Of a stretch of 64,000 nt of DNA, positions 49,376 to 62,189 are shown piece after piece. Location of the stretch: the NCBI GenBank assembly GCA_024704765.1, contig JAKMXF010000099.1:124001-188000 (forward strand), read 5' to 3'. Numbering within the stretch: position 1 is the stretch's first letter; every line of letters starts with the position of its first letter. The notes beneath the pieces are model-generated. The model was not told the origin of the DNA, searched no databases, and saw only the letters and a program-made list of their open reading frames with translations. This DNA comes from Oopsacas minuta (lineage: Eukaryota > Animalia > Porifera). A program made the position numbers and the translations under genes.

Positions 49376-50661
49376 TTACAACGTGCAATTAATCGGAAAG
49401 CCTGCTATTACAACTTCAGGGTCTGATACATCAGTTTGACCTGCGAAGCAACACTGACAAGCAGCGCCACCGCATCCAGTAAATATGGCACACATCTTAC
49501 CATCAAATATTGAGGCCTTAATTTTAATATTCACATGGCCACTTTCATTCTCGAAGCCAATTGAAACGAGTTCGTCACTTTGTGGATTCAAGAACTTCAT
49601 TAGAGAAGTGACACTCCCATGTTCTCTTTTGGAGATAACAATGCAATTGGCTGGTTGGAGAATCCAGAATTTGGGTATTGATTAGGCAGATAATATTACC
49701 TCGACAATCTTTCAATTCAAGACGAGAAACCATAAACAAGAGGAAATGTGAACGATCAACAGCTCTTTGAGATCTAAGATTAGGCACACTGTGACTTCCC
49801 GACCAATCTAAACCATGTTTACCCATAAAGTTGAGCTGGCACATCAGGGGTTCATCCATAGATAGTATAGAGTGTGTGATGACAGGTTTCAAGAGGTTTA
49901 CTGTGTGGTCAATTAGTTTACTGTTACTCCCATTGGATTTGATACTAATGGACAAAATTGGAATGGAAGTATTAGAGTTGCACAAAAATCACGCATTTAG
50001 ACTAACTGGCTAACTTTGAACCTTCTGAAATTAGAAAATACCTTAGATCCGTCCATTTCGAATTCCCCAGATTGAGGTTATATGCAAGGAATGTTGACTT
50101 TTCGGGAGAAACCAATTTGTTGGAGTGCAGGTTATCAAGATTATCGCCTTCAGAAATTCTTTTTGTAATAAAAGCAATGTTGTGGCATCCTAGTGTAGCA
50201 ACCTCAAAAAATATACTATCAGACCAACATACCTTATACTGCTGATGTCTTCTGAACAAACTAATAGAGATAACGCATCCATAATACCTGTACTCTCGAG
50301 GAGTACAGGTTTAAGAATCTCATTTTTTCAAATCTTCTAGGATTTCCTTTCAGGGATATTCTGATTAACCACCGACAGAGCTGCTGGGGGCGGAGTTTCA
50401 GTACTGGTTATATAGTCCTGAAGTTTAAGAACTATTTGTTCAATATTATTTTCGGACTGATCATGGTGCATTCGTCCTCTAAACACAGTACACCTCAAAT
50501 GGAGGATCTTCACACATTTTGGAGAACGTTGGTAATTGTGAGTCGATTCCAAGTTTTTCTCCAATTATTCTACTTCCCAAATTGACATCTACTTTAGCAT
50601 TTCGATGGCCCTGGTTAGTCTCCAGAAATATATCATTTACTTCATGGAGTGTAAGTGACAT
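49376..50661 (-). pseudogene. Third, more divergent Transib/RAG1-like transposase fragment, 3'-truncated
   Basis: SPEKSTFLAYNLNLGNSKWTDLRYFL, KHGLDWSGSHSV and SIFDGKMCAIFTGCGGAACQCC..GFPIN are collinear with T1 DVDKALFLLDLLEIGKRKYTLLRQLL, DGLDGSRKH and SMLDGKMASILSGAGGASCQLC..GYPIN. No TIR found. Confidence 0.75.
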
Positions 50662-51277
50662 GTTACAGCTTTGTATGACAATAATGTGTCAAATAACTTG
50701 ATATACACTATTTTAGTTATAAATATACATTTATTTTTTAGTTGACATCATATCACATACCTATACAGTATATCCGAATCATAATATTATGCTTCATACA
50801 AGATTGGGTTACAATTCCATAATACCTATTGCGTTGTTAGTTACTAGTGTTCTTATTGAAACAAGATGCTATTAAGAATTTACTTGTATAGGAGTGAATT
50901 ATATGAAACGAAATAAATTTGAAGATTTTTTGAAATTATACATGACTTCATAATTTCAAATGCTCAGTCATTTTACTATACGAACAGACCCCAGTATTTG
51001 AAAATTTCGGACCTAAATCTTGGTATCCAATAGTAATCGCTGGTGTTGTAAATGTAGGTTACCTTATTCATTTGTTTTCAGATCAACTTTTAAATAACAT
51101 TTAAAAACACTGTCAGGGTATTTTCCTCAAATGGGGCTATTCTCTAATAAAATATCAATACCTTGTACTTCAATAATCTGTTATTTGTAATCATTATTAT
51201 TCTTATTGCCATCAGGAAATATCCGAGCATTGTCGCCCAGCGATCTAGCAAGCCAAGCGCGCTTGTCATTATCACTT

Positions 51278-51658
51278 ATGTCTATTTTAGCTATTTTGAT
51301 AATGTGTATGATATTCCAAGGCCTCTTTTGTTCGTTATTTTTTTGTTTTGCAGTTGTTGAATGCAATGTTCTATCTGTTTCCTTTGAAGTTGTGTATGCT
51401 GTCAATTGTGGCGGAAGCGGATTTATTGGATCTAATGATATTAATTACCTTACGGACCCTATAGTAGACCAAGGAATTGCTTCTGATTTCGGCCTTGGAA
51501 CCCATATAAATAGAGCCCCAGAAATTGACCAGAACCTATATCAAACAGAACGATATTCAACCAGTAATTTGGTTTACAACATTCCTCTATCAGAAGATGC
51601 TAGATATGTTCTGGTCATGAAATTTACTGAAGTTTACTTTAATGAGCCAAATTCTAAG
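51278..51658 (+). CDS. MLEC: Malectin, first coding exon (signal peptide + N-terminal half of the malectin domain)
   Basis: Hydrophobic leader, then VVYAVNCGG..YLTDP..GIASDFG..DQNLYQTERY..YVLVMKFTEVYF..K, matching human malectin (VIWAVNAGG..GRASDYG..DQILYQTERY..YVLVLKFAEVYF..KVFDV). AAG|GTATAT donor at 51658/59. Start could instead be the ATG at 51302. Confidence 0.9.
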
Positions 51659-52929
51659 GTATATTCATTGTACTTTATCTAATTGCACACTATGGGTTAA
51701 AATCGGAAATCTTGTAGAATTAGATATGTAGGTAGCATCATTATTTTCGATGTTAAATTGGTGTATCGATGCAAATAACTCAATTGGAAACGCTAGAATA
51801 TACGTACAATTATGCCTTCTTGCAGTTAATCGTGATTTCATCAAATTGTAGAAATTTATTCTTAATAGTTAATGGTTTATTAATATACATAAGAATGGAG
51901 AAATCTAGGTGTAAATTACAGAAATGTCTATAAGAACGATAGAAATAATCAAACATGACGGAGAAGCGGCGGTACGCAGGTATACCTACGAGAGGACAAG
52001 GGGTAACTGGTTGTGAGTACGTAAATGTGCTGTTTCAATAATTCGATTGTAATAAAAGGTTGATTCACAAAAGAATATGAAATTATGGGTTACTAAGATA
52101 GATGCCTTATTTTTTGCTACACGTAGTTCAACTACTAAGGAACGTACAAATCAATCTTCAAAAATGCAACTTAGTGGTTTCATATAATCAGTTCAATGTA
52201 GCCATCAATATTGGTTATTTAGATATATGCTATGACTTTGAACTTTTCTTCATTGTAAATTCAAAGTCTCGAGTGTCAATAGAAATTATCAGGGTAAGTC
52301 GTGATTACCATACATTTCGAAAAATTGGTTATACCTATGATGGAAATATTGGTCTCCTACATGTTTCAACCTCCATTCAAGGTCCTGAAATATATAGTAA
52401 TCAGTGTTGACAAGCTAGTATAGATAAATACATGGTGAGCTAAACATATTGCAATAATTTTATATAATTTTAGACGCGCGGAAAGGGGCCCAAAATACCG
52501 CTATTTTGTCTGCCGATGACCCCAAAATTAATTAAATCGAATCATTTGTATATATTGGAATTTGGATAGAATCGACTAAATATGAATGATTTAATTCAGT
52601 AAATTGTGTTAGAAGGAGTATGCAATTTTCTATTCATTTCAATAATCTTTACTAAGCTGGCAATTCAATATCTTGCCAGTGTGATTAATCTAGAAAGTAT
52701 CTGAAAATGTTCACATATACTAGGAAAACGAAGTTTATCAGCATTCCATGACAATATTACTGATTTTCTTTGACATATGTTATCTCACCAATACATGTTC
52801 TTATCAAACATCGTTCTGAGGTCTCAAATACAATCTTGTGCGGAATATCCAAATCTTCAGCCATAATAAATTCGGTAATAAAATTCATGGTCCCATATAT
52901 CAGGATTGTCAATAAATCTTGTTTAGTAT

Positions 52930-53075
52930 CCTCAAATCAAATCAAATCATTTTCAAATCATTTTCAAATCATTCCAAATCATTTGAAACGATTGAAATGA
53001 TTTGAGATAGTCTCAAATCAAATCAAACCAAATATTTTCAATATTTTCAATATTTGATTTTATGTACAACCCTGC
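52930..53075. repeat. Low-complexity (AAATC/TTTTCAAATCA) tandem tract ending in TACAACCCTG, probably an element end
   Basis: Repeated AAATC and ATTTTCAA units directly visible; matching other end not found. Confidence 0.55.
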
Positions 53076-53097
53076 CCATATTATTTTATTACAATTA

Positions 53098-54444
53098 CAG
53101 GGTGTATCATAAATGTTGTCGGGTAGTAACAATATTCATATAGTAACGGATTGTATTACAACCTTAATTAGAATTCAATTTATTATGCAGTATCGTAAAG
53201 TATCATGTTAATGCTATCTAAAACAATACTTAGCTACTTTGGGTTGATCGTAATTCTTGGAAAAATTTTTTCACATTGACGCTCCTTGATATATTCGGAA
53301 AATAAATGTCAAAGATCATGGTTTGGAAATCCGTAATCAAGCTATTGGCATGCTAAATGCTAGCATGACCCAGAAAGACGTAGCTATAAAGCTCCAATTT
53401 AGTTTGAGATCAATCGAACGGTGGTGGCGCAAGCAGAAGCTCGGAAAATCTCAAAAAACTTTAGCCCATCCTGGGAGGAATTCGAGTGTACAAAAGGCCG
53501 CCAAAATTATAATTTCGAAATCTCTCGGAAAAAAATGCAAATCTACTAGGAAATTGGCTGACATAGTGACCTCAAGGGGCTATCCTATATCGCATTCGAC
53601 CGTTCATCGTTTTCTTCGGGATAATATTGGCGCGAAATCTTACAAAAGGCCTAAAAGGCCGCGATTGACGGAGAAAATGAAGGAAAAACGACTCAAATTT
53701 GCAGAATCTCGCAAAGAATGGGCTGTCGAAGATTGGTAACAGGTATTGTGGTCTGATGAAGCACCTTTTCAATTGTTCAATACTCCAAACCGACAAAACG
53801 ACCGAGTTTGGGCTAAAAATTCAGATAATGTTGAACCTTGCGTTCAAGTTAAATTTCCAGGGAAAATTCATGTCTGGGGCATGATGTCCCATCGAGCTAT
53901 CTCTGAACTCCATATAGTGCCTCCAAAACAGACAGTAAATGGTTGCTACTATCGGAACTATATTTTGAATAAAACCTGTAAGGATGCCATAGAACGCGAC
54001 TCAGAAAATGGGACAATATTGCAGCGATCAATGCTCTCAGATATGTCCAGTTTTATTTTTATGCAGGATGGTGCTCCAGCAAACACTGCAAATTTGACTC
54101 AGTCCTTGTGTGAAAAGAATTTCCCAAAGTTTTGGATGAAAGAAGAGTGGCCAAGAAACTCGTCCCACCTCAATCCTATTGAGAATCTATGGTCTATTCT
54201 GAAAGATAGCGTCAGCCAAATGGAGAATGTGGCGAAGCTGAACCATTTAATTTCTCAAGTAAAAAAGGCTTGGAAGGGCATTGATCCAAAAATTTAGAAA
54301 ATTTAGTAGCAAGTATGCCTAATAGGATTAGATCAGTTATAGAATGCGATGGAGATTACTTAAATAAATAATTAGCTTAAACGATCCACTTTTTTGTGTT
54401 TTGAGATATTTCCTAGAACCCGACAATAATTATGATACACCCTG
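53098..54444 (+). mobile_element. Full-length Tc1-like element with DD37E spacing (1347 bp)
   Basis: 27-bp TIR CAGGGTGTATCATAA.T.TTGTCGGGT (2 mismatches), TA duplication. Confidence 0.95.
53306..54370 (+). pseudogene. Tc1-like transposase, one premature stop (53737) and frameshifts near both ends
   Basis: LWSDEAPF, FMQDGAPAN and WPRNSSHLNPIENLW; 37 residues between the second D and E. ORFs 53323 and 53746 share a frame. Confidence 0.88.
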
Positions 54445-54719
54445 TACATTATCTTGTCTTGCCTAACAAGTGTTCTTCCCCGGCGGAGTAATTATCGAGG
54501 AGAACCTTACACTCCTGTATTTAAGCTACCAAGTGGTCCACTTGTGCTTGTTTATCAATGCCTGCGTGCGCACTGTAGAGAAGAGATCGAACATGTAATT
54601 TGTAATAATGTTTTCTGCGATCTTTTACAGTACTATGTAGGTAAGAAATCTTTCAAATCAGTGTCCTAAACAAAACACATAGATCTCCCTGATTTGATGG
54701 ATCAACACAGTTGCAATTA

Positions 54720-55130
54720 GCACTGCGATTTTATATGATCTTAGATTTAGTTTTCTCCAATGTGATGTTGATTGGGTAGATTGTTGGCGGCCATGCCTGA
54801 CAAAAATTGTAAATAAGGTCGTCAAACTTCTACCAATTTCGTCACTCTTACTTTGCGCTTCCATCCATTGTTAACCATCTCACTGAAAATTGTAGAGTTT
54901 CGTATCTACTGTCTTCATTTCTGCCTTGAGCATCACTTTGGCATATATCGAATGTTGTCAGGAGCACAATACCATTTTAGCTACTGCCAGATACTTGCAA
55001 CAGAACGAAGGATGAAATTGTCCTGAATCCTTCAAAATTATTTTCAGAAAGCCTGCAGAGGATAACATTTCACTAAAAAATTTCCTAGAATCATGCTCAT
55101 CAACTTGTGACCAAGACTCTCTGGATTTTT
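54720..55130 (+). pseudogene. Isolated P-element/THAP9-like transposase fragment, diverged paralogue of 60900-61320
   Basis: Shares e.g. CATGCCTGACAAAA, TTGAGCATCA.TTTGGC, GTCAGGAGCACAATACCA and TTGTGACCAAGACTC in the same order. Confidence 0.75.
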
Positions 55131-58100
55131 TTCAACTTTGAAACTTATCATTTTGTTTTCAAGATTTTTCCGGAATTTACTGTAGTACTCAATTGCTACA
55201 CAATATGGTAAAAGAAATTTAAAAGTGCTATTTAGCCAAGTTGCATATCGTCACAGCAGTGGCTGATCCAGGGCAATTTTCAGTGGGGGCGACTTATAAA
55301 TTACCGCAAGCTTTGCAGAGACAATGTTTGGGTGTTTAGGATCTAGTATATTATGTCAACTATAGATAGAGTCCAAATTATCGCACAAACTAGAAGATGA
55401 AAGTGTACAACTTATATGTTAGCAGCATACAATCTCGTCTAGCTGGCAAATAACCAAATATCATTATTTTTGGTCAGTACGAAAAGAGTGATGGAAAATA
55501 TATCTAAATCCTACATTCTATAAAATCAAAAGCATAAATCATAGTATGAGAACATGGATAAGTAAGCTCATACTTATCTAAGTTTGAAGAAGAGTAAAAA
55601 TATTTACTGATAAAACATTTATTATTAACTCAAAGTACTTGAAAAAATAGGATGGAATCAATAATTACTGTCACTCTCACATAGCAGACCCATTTAGTTA
55701 TATACCAGCGCACTTTGCTTGCTTGGTGGCTTTAGAACTCAGGTTGGGCAAGTATTAACAAGCAAATTTCTTAGTGCTTATAGTCGCTACGCGACGAGAT
55801 AAAGTCCATTCTTCGTCGTCGGGTTTACAATCTAGTAGAATTTTTAAGAATTTATTATCCATGGCCCACCCAAATTACATTCAATGGCCTTGGTGACAAT
55901 GGAGATGATATGTCGCTTCTAGTTAGTAATACTGGCACTTCGTGCGTTAGGTATTAAAAAATTCTGAGTTAATTCGAAATTTGGAAAATTTCTTTTGTAC
56001 AGTGATGAGGGCGTAGTAATCCCATAATGAGTTAGCTTTCGGGCAGATTCATGATATCAGGACATTTATCACATTGAAGGGTACCTGAAATTCAATTTTC
56101 AAACTTCTATCATGTATATTGGCTGAGCAGCAGTATATAATGTAATTTTTTTATAGTTGTGAATTTTCGTCCAAGACTCGAACATCTCAGAGCCAGGGCC
56201 AAAATACCATTGTACGCCAAATATCTCCCACGGGGTCCTCCAGGTTCTTCAATCAATTCTGGACATACAAATATATATATACACATATATAGATAAATAG
56301 CGTGTTAACAGTATGGATTTATTTAGTTATCAATCCTTTTTACTGTCCCAAATATAGCAATATTATGACACAGGAATGAAATAATCGCTAATATTATAAA
56401 TTATAACAGTATTAATTGGTAATTATGATTTGTAATTAAGTAATTGCATTGAGCAGTAAGAATTTCTATGCGTATTTACTTGTATTTATAGAATCCCTGT
56501 TGTATAATATGAACGAAGATCTTAAAAAATACGCAAACTTTGGAAATGCACATATAAATATTATATTATCATTTTCATTTAATGCATGGCTATTATTTAC
56601 ACTGAGTATACAAATGAATATACCTATTCAATAAATATTTCGGTGAAGTTAATTTATTTTTGTGATTATTTTCAAGTTTAGGGTTATCATCTCAATTTAT
56701 GTACAAAAACGAAACAAAAATTGCTTTTAACTTATTATCTAATTATTTATGAAATATCAGAAGATAGTAATATGTAAATATTCAGTAACTTAGATAGGTT
56801 GCTTAAAGTTCTTACTAACTTTGAAATTCAGCATAAATACGGCTGCAAGTTTTTACGATACTACAGGTACTTTATATCAAAGATAGTTTAATAGTGACAT
56901 GCATAAATACATAATACCATCTTGAATATGTTATGGAGTTATCTAATAATTATTCCACATGAAGTCATGAAAGATTAACAATTTCTCTCACAGATATTAT
57001 TAAATTGCTAGATCTGGGTTAAAACTTGTGACTATCATAAGAGAAAGGTAAAGAATCTAAAGGATCTCCCTCAACTACTTATTCGTTTTAGGCTCAGGAA
57101 GACGACATAAAACCCATTTGAACCTTCAAAATACCACTAATATATATAAGACTAAGTTGAGTAAAATCTGTAGACTTCAATATTTACCGTATTCTTCACA
57201 CGCAAGGATTGACTTCGATAAATCGACTAGGAATTATTATGGATATCGGCAATTCCGAAATAAATTGAAAATATAGATGTCAGAAATTCCCAAAAATATA
57301 GCAATTCTAAGAAAATAGATAATATAAGAAAATTCCCAGATATTTAATGATATTTTTCAGATATTTTCAGATATACTTCCAATATTTTGGGAGGTTGTTC
57401 GATATCCTTCGATATCCTACAGTATTTTAGCTATTTTTACAGATATCAGAGTTATCGAAATTAACGATATCGGATATTCCCTAAATAAAATATCGCTAAA
57501 TTTGTTGAAAATTTGCAAAATATTAATAATATCGAAAATATGAAAATATGTAGAAATATCGAAAAATATCCAAAACATTTGAAAATATAAATAAATATCG
57601 AAATTATCAGAAAATTTTGGAATTTATCGAGAATAATCGGAAAACATCGAGATATATCAATGAATAAGGGCGAAATTTCCGAAATTTCCGGATATATTTT
57701 TAGGAATTTGCGATATTTATTCCAAAATATGTGGTGCACAAGTCCTCTCGTGTCCACTAGGTTCCGCCATTGATCATAAGCTTGATAGCAGAAAAGATAA
57801 ATATTGTTATTGACACACAATCAACTCAACTCGAACAATTACCACAGGGAACATGATTTCGCGTTGTTTCAAGTGTTCCAATGATATTGCGAAAGATTTC
57901 TCTACTGGGTCTTTTCCATCGCCAGGCCAGCATTCCATCTCTAAATCATTCAGCTGTAGCATAAATATAATAATCTTCTCTCGAAGCGATCATGGTCACA
58001 AGTCCTATCGATGTATAAGAAATGAGAAAACTGAATTAGAAAGCCAAGAACAAACAAGTTATGAAGACTATCTAGTACGATCTATAACTGTTTAAGCTAA

Positions 58101-58148
58101 GTATTTACAAATTCTGGTACTGTAGTAATATCAAGTGAGTATATATCG

Positions 58149-58265
58149 CATGGACAGAGTTGTGGATTTGATTTGAATTTGAATTTGGATTTGGATTTGG
58201 ATTTGGATTTGGATTTGGATTTGGATTTGAATTCAATATGAATCAAGTACACCACTCTGTGCATG
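58149..58265. repeat. Seven perfect GGATTT units (58187-58228) enclosed by a 16-bp imperfect inverted repeat
   Basis: CATGGACAGAGTTGTG at 58149 versus CATGCACAGAGTGGTG read inward from 58265 (14/16). Confidence 0.65.
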
Positions 58266-59587
58266 GATACATATATTTTGAGCTAGTAAATAATATATTT
58301 TTGAAAAACAGATTTCTTGTAAATATGAGCATTAGATGGTGAGGAAATGTAAGAAAAGCGTCACCAAATGGTATGTCACACTGAATTCCGTATATAAAGT
58401 GAATAACCTACATTCCCCTACCAAAAGTAAGCTTCCAGCCAAAACTCCAATTGAAAGTAGCATTTTGCTAGATTTCATAATCTGAAGAATTTTGTTAACA
58501 TTGTATAAGATATTGCAATCTTGATTTGAGAATCGTATTTATGTATCCAAATGAACTATTGAGGAAGCTTTCTACTCAATTAGAGATTAATAATCTGAAC
58601 TTAGGACAGATATAAAAACTGAAAAATAATATAAGTAGTTCAGGTAATTGGATACAAAACAAATCAACCATTATAAACTTATAGGTAGTTAAAGAACTGA
58701 TAGGGGGTTTAAACTACACCTATGCAGACGAATATTGCAGGGCCATTATGAAATTGCAGGCAAAATTCGTTAATATTGAAAAATGTACATACCCTCATAA
58801 TCTGCAAACCATCCATTGATTTGTTACTCTAATACCTGTTTACCTACATATTTATCTGTTGTCGTAAGGTAAAACCTAAATATTTACATTAACCATTCAA
58901 AAATTGTGGGGGCGGCACAGCCCAGACCCCTCAGGTTTTACTCCTATGGGCTATATAGCTATCAAAGGACTGCCCAAGGCGGCTGTGCTGAGGGTTTGGA
59001 GATAGGGAATTCAAAACATTTGAAAAAATACAAAAATCACTGTAATTTAAAATATACGAATGTCGCCCTGTTCTGTGACTCCACATAGGTTTCGAATTGG
59101 TCCAGTATTCCACTAATTAAAATGTTACGACAGGAATTCAACTTACAACCTGTATACCTTTGTGTAAAGAGTACAGTTATATAAGTAAACTAATATATCA
59201 TTAATTACTAACGAATTGTATCTATTCGAACAGATAGAGGAGGTATAAATTGTCCTGCTATTGGGCCGCCAAGATGGCATAAGTCAGGACTGTGAACCAA
59301 GACACTTTCAAATAAATAGGGTGAAAGTTAGACAAAATAAAACAATTTATCCTTTGTATGTAACATCAGGATAATTCCGAGTAAACCCACAGTTACATAT
59401 AATCTGCAGGTCCTCAGGTGGTCTATGACGCCAATAGCTGTAGTCAAGACAAAGAACTTTTTCAGATTACCATACTGGAAGACTTGGTATCCAAAACGAA
59501 GCACTCGGGTTTGCCTAATCATTGGTTAGTTTGGTCTTCTGATGATAATTCCTTTAATTTACTCAAACCTTCTATAACGAATACAGT

Positions 59588-61788
59588 TTGATTGCAATTA
59601 AATGCTTGTTAACTATTATTACCGAAACATTACATACTATGGGTTTCTACGATGGTATACGCATTCCTCTTTCTCTCACTCAGATAAATGATATTCGTCA
59701 ACTTAACGATTTGCTTAAAGAAATTGAAAACCATTCTGCCCCTACTAATTCTCCTGAAACATTCCAACACCATGTCAGAGAGCAATCGGAAGCATTCGTA
59801 AAGCTATTGACTCCCTTTCAACTGGAGAAGAATCTGGAAACCAACAGCCTCTATTATCAAGTCTTCAGTTTATTCTATGCCAATTGGATGACGCTTTGAT
59901 CGCGAAAACTATGAAGCGATACAACATCGAAACTCTTGTCTTGTCTCTCAATGCCAGCTTATCTCGCCAGTTTGTTATAGATACCTTCAATCCCTGGACT
60001 GTCTATAATTGCCGCACCTTTCTACTCTAAAGCGCTTATATTCCAATTTTGGTTTGGATTCTGACTTTACCAACTATCTCAAACAATCAGTCACTCAGTT
60101 TAACAAATGGGAACGAAATGTAGTGATTTATATGGATAAAATTCATTGAAAATCCACATTTACATACAAAGGAGGTAAGATAATTGGATCTTCTTTGAAT
60201 CCTACTGATCCTGTAAAAACCGTTTTGCCTTCATGATATCAAGTTGTCCAAACGATGGTCCAGTATTGTCCATTTACTGCCCTGTTCTAGCTCATTTGCT
60301 GAGGTACTCTTTCCTATCATCAAAGATGTTATTCGTGATGTTGAAGCATGTGGACTCTCTGTACACGTTTTATGTACTGATAATTACACGATGAACGTTA
60401 ACATTTTCAAAGTATTTTCTCCCAGCCGACTTCTAGAGCATATTGTTCCTCACCCTACTGACTCAAACTGGTCATTGTTTTTGCTTTTTGACTTCGTTCA
60501 TATAATCAAATCGATACGTAATAACTTGCTAAACCAAATAGATTATGATAAAACATTCACTAATCCAGATTTTGAGAACATACAAGTTGCGAGCTCTGCA
60601 GTTTTCGAAGAAATTCGCAAATTATATAAAAGTGACCAACACTCTGTTGCTAAATTAGCTCCAAGATTAACCTCTGAAGCTTATTGGCCTTCCCCTTTAG
60701 AACGAAAAAATGTTTCTTTAGCTTTAAGGATATTTGGTGAATCTACAGCCGCTGCATTAAATGTTAGCTACCAATCGCGATATCACACTTCTATAAATTC
60801 ACAGACTGTAGACTTTACTGCCATTATTTGTAATGTTTGGAAGATATTCAGCATCAATACTCCAAACAAGGGTATCCTTCACCAAGATGAATTTTCAGTT
60901 CCACTTACCTACAATGATACCAGATTTATGTTCCTTCAACGTGTAGTTGATTGGGCTGAATGTTGGCTAGTCATGCCTGACAAAAGAGGTAAATTAAGTC
61001 CTCAAATCTTTACAAATTTCCGTCACTCTTGTATGCACTCCGTGCATTGTAAACCATCTGACTGGAAATTGTGGCTATTCGTACGTCCTTTCTTCGTTCT
61101 TTCAAAATGATCCACTTGAGCATCATTTTGGCTTGTATAGGATGATGTCAGGAGCACAATACCACATTAGCTATTGCCAGGTCCTTGAAACAGAACGGAG
61201 AATAAAGTTGTCCTGCATACTCAAATTATTTTCGAAAAAGCCTGTAGAAGATAGCATATCACTTAAGAACTTCTTAGAATCGTGCTCATCCTCTTGTGAC
61301 CAAGACTCCCATGCGTCTTTCAGCTTGGAGATGTATCTCTCGGCGATTCAGGGATATTCAGGGCTAGAATTAAACAAGCAAATACTCCAATCACTCTCCT
61401 TATAGCAGGCTACTCAGTGCATGCCTATTATAAACATTCTACTAAATGTCAATCATGTCTCTTATTCCCCACTGAAAACAAAGAAATTGAAATTGAAGGA
61501 CCTTCAGATTCTGAATATCGATTAATTCAGATAATCGACCGAGGCTCACTAAAATGGCCAAGTAGTGATATTATAGACGTAATTATTACGCTATGGAAAG
61601 TATTCTCTTCTATCGAGAGTCAACCAAGCATATTCAATAACTTTATAACCGGTCCTTCTAGAAGTATCCTGATAGAGTTAACAACAAGTCTTATAGAAGA
61701 TGAACAAGCTGAAGTATGGAGAGTGATGTGTGACGAATGTGGTACACTCATGTGGGATGTATTAGCTAAACTATTTACCGCTACTTAA
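59588..61788 (+). pseudogene. Decayed P-element/THAP9-like transposase
   Basis: LPHLSTLKRL, VVIYMDKIH, LCTDNYTMN, LFDFVHIIKSIRNNLL, ERKNVSLALRIF, QNDPLEHHFGLYR, then a C..C..L block; several stops and frameshifts; termini not identified. Confidence 0.85.
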
Positions 61789-62189
61789 AACTGTCTTGAA
61801 TTCCCAGCTACCCTTGAAACCGTGTGTCGAAAATACTCGAAAATTAAAGAAATTGAAGCCTAATTAACTTATCACATACCACTTTCATATACGTATCTTT
61901 TATTATTTTGTACTATTATCAGGCACTCACTATTTGAAATATGCTTAGTATTAAACCCAATAATATTTTCTCTCATTAGATCACATTTTAGTTAATTTTC
62001 TCTAACTATAACATTTACTGTAAAATAAGGACTTAAATGCATCTATGGTCTTCAAAATCGCTTAAGAACAATTTTTTAAGTTCACGATTTGGGTGAATAC
62101 CATCAAATACATGATTATTTGAAATAAAATTTAATAGACTTAAACGACATTCATGGTCCAAAAAGTCGCACTAGTGAACAGCCTTATTA

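Noticed and set aside
51688-51710. CACTATGGG as a Transib-like left end in the malectin intron
   Set aside because: No matching right end or 5-bp TSD found downstream.
51743-51778. IFDVKL as malectin exon 2
   Set aside because: No in-phase AG acceptor directly upstream, and the frame stops after 11 codons without further malectin similarity.
55257-57772. CAGTGGCTGATCCAG and CTAGGTTCCGCCATTG as paired hAT ends
   Set aside because: Only about 11/16 match and the flanks (CGTCACAG / ATCATAAG) do not form an 8-bp TSD; each may be a solo end.
57300-57820. 119-aa ORF 57461-57820
   Set aside because: Arises from low-complexity GATAT/AAATATC repeats typical of element subtermini; composition is not protein-like.
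58187-58228. Interstitial telomeric repeat
   Set aside because: GGATTT / AAATCC is not a permutation of TTAGGG or TTTAGGG on either strand.
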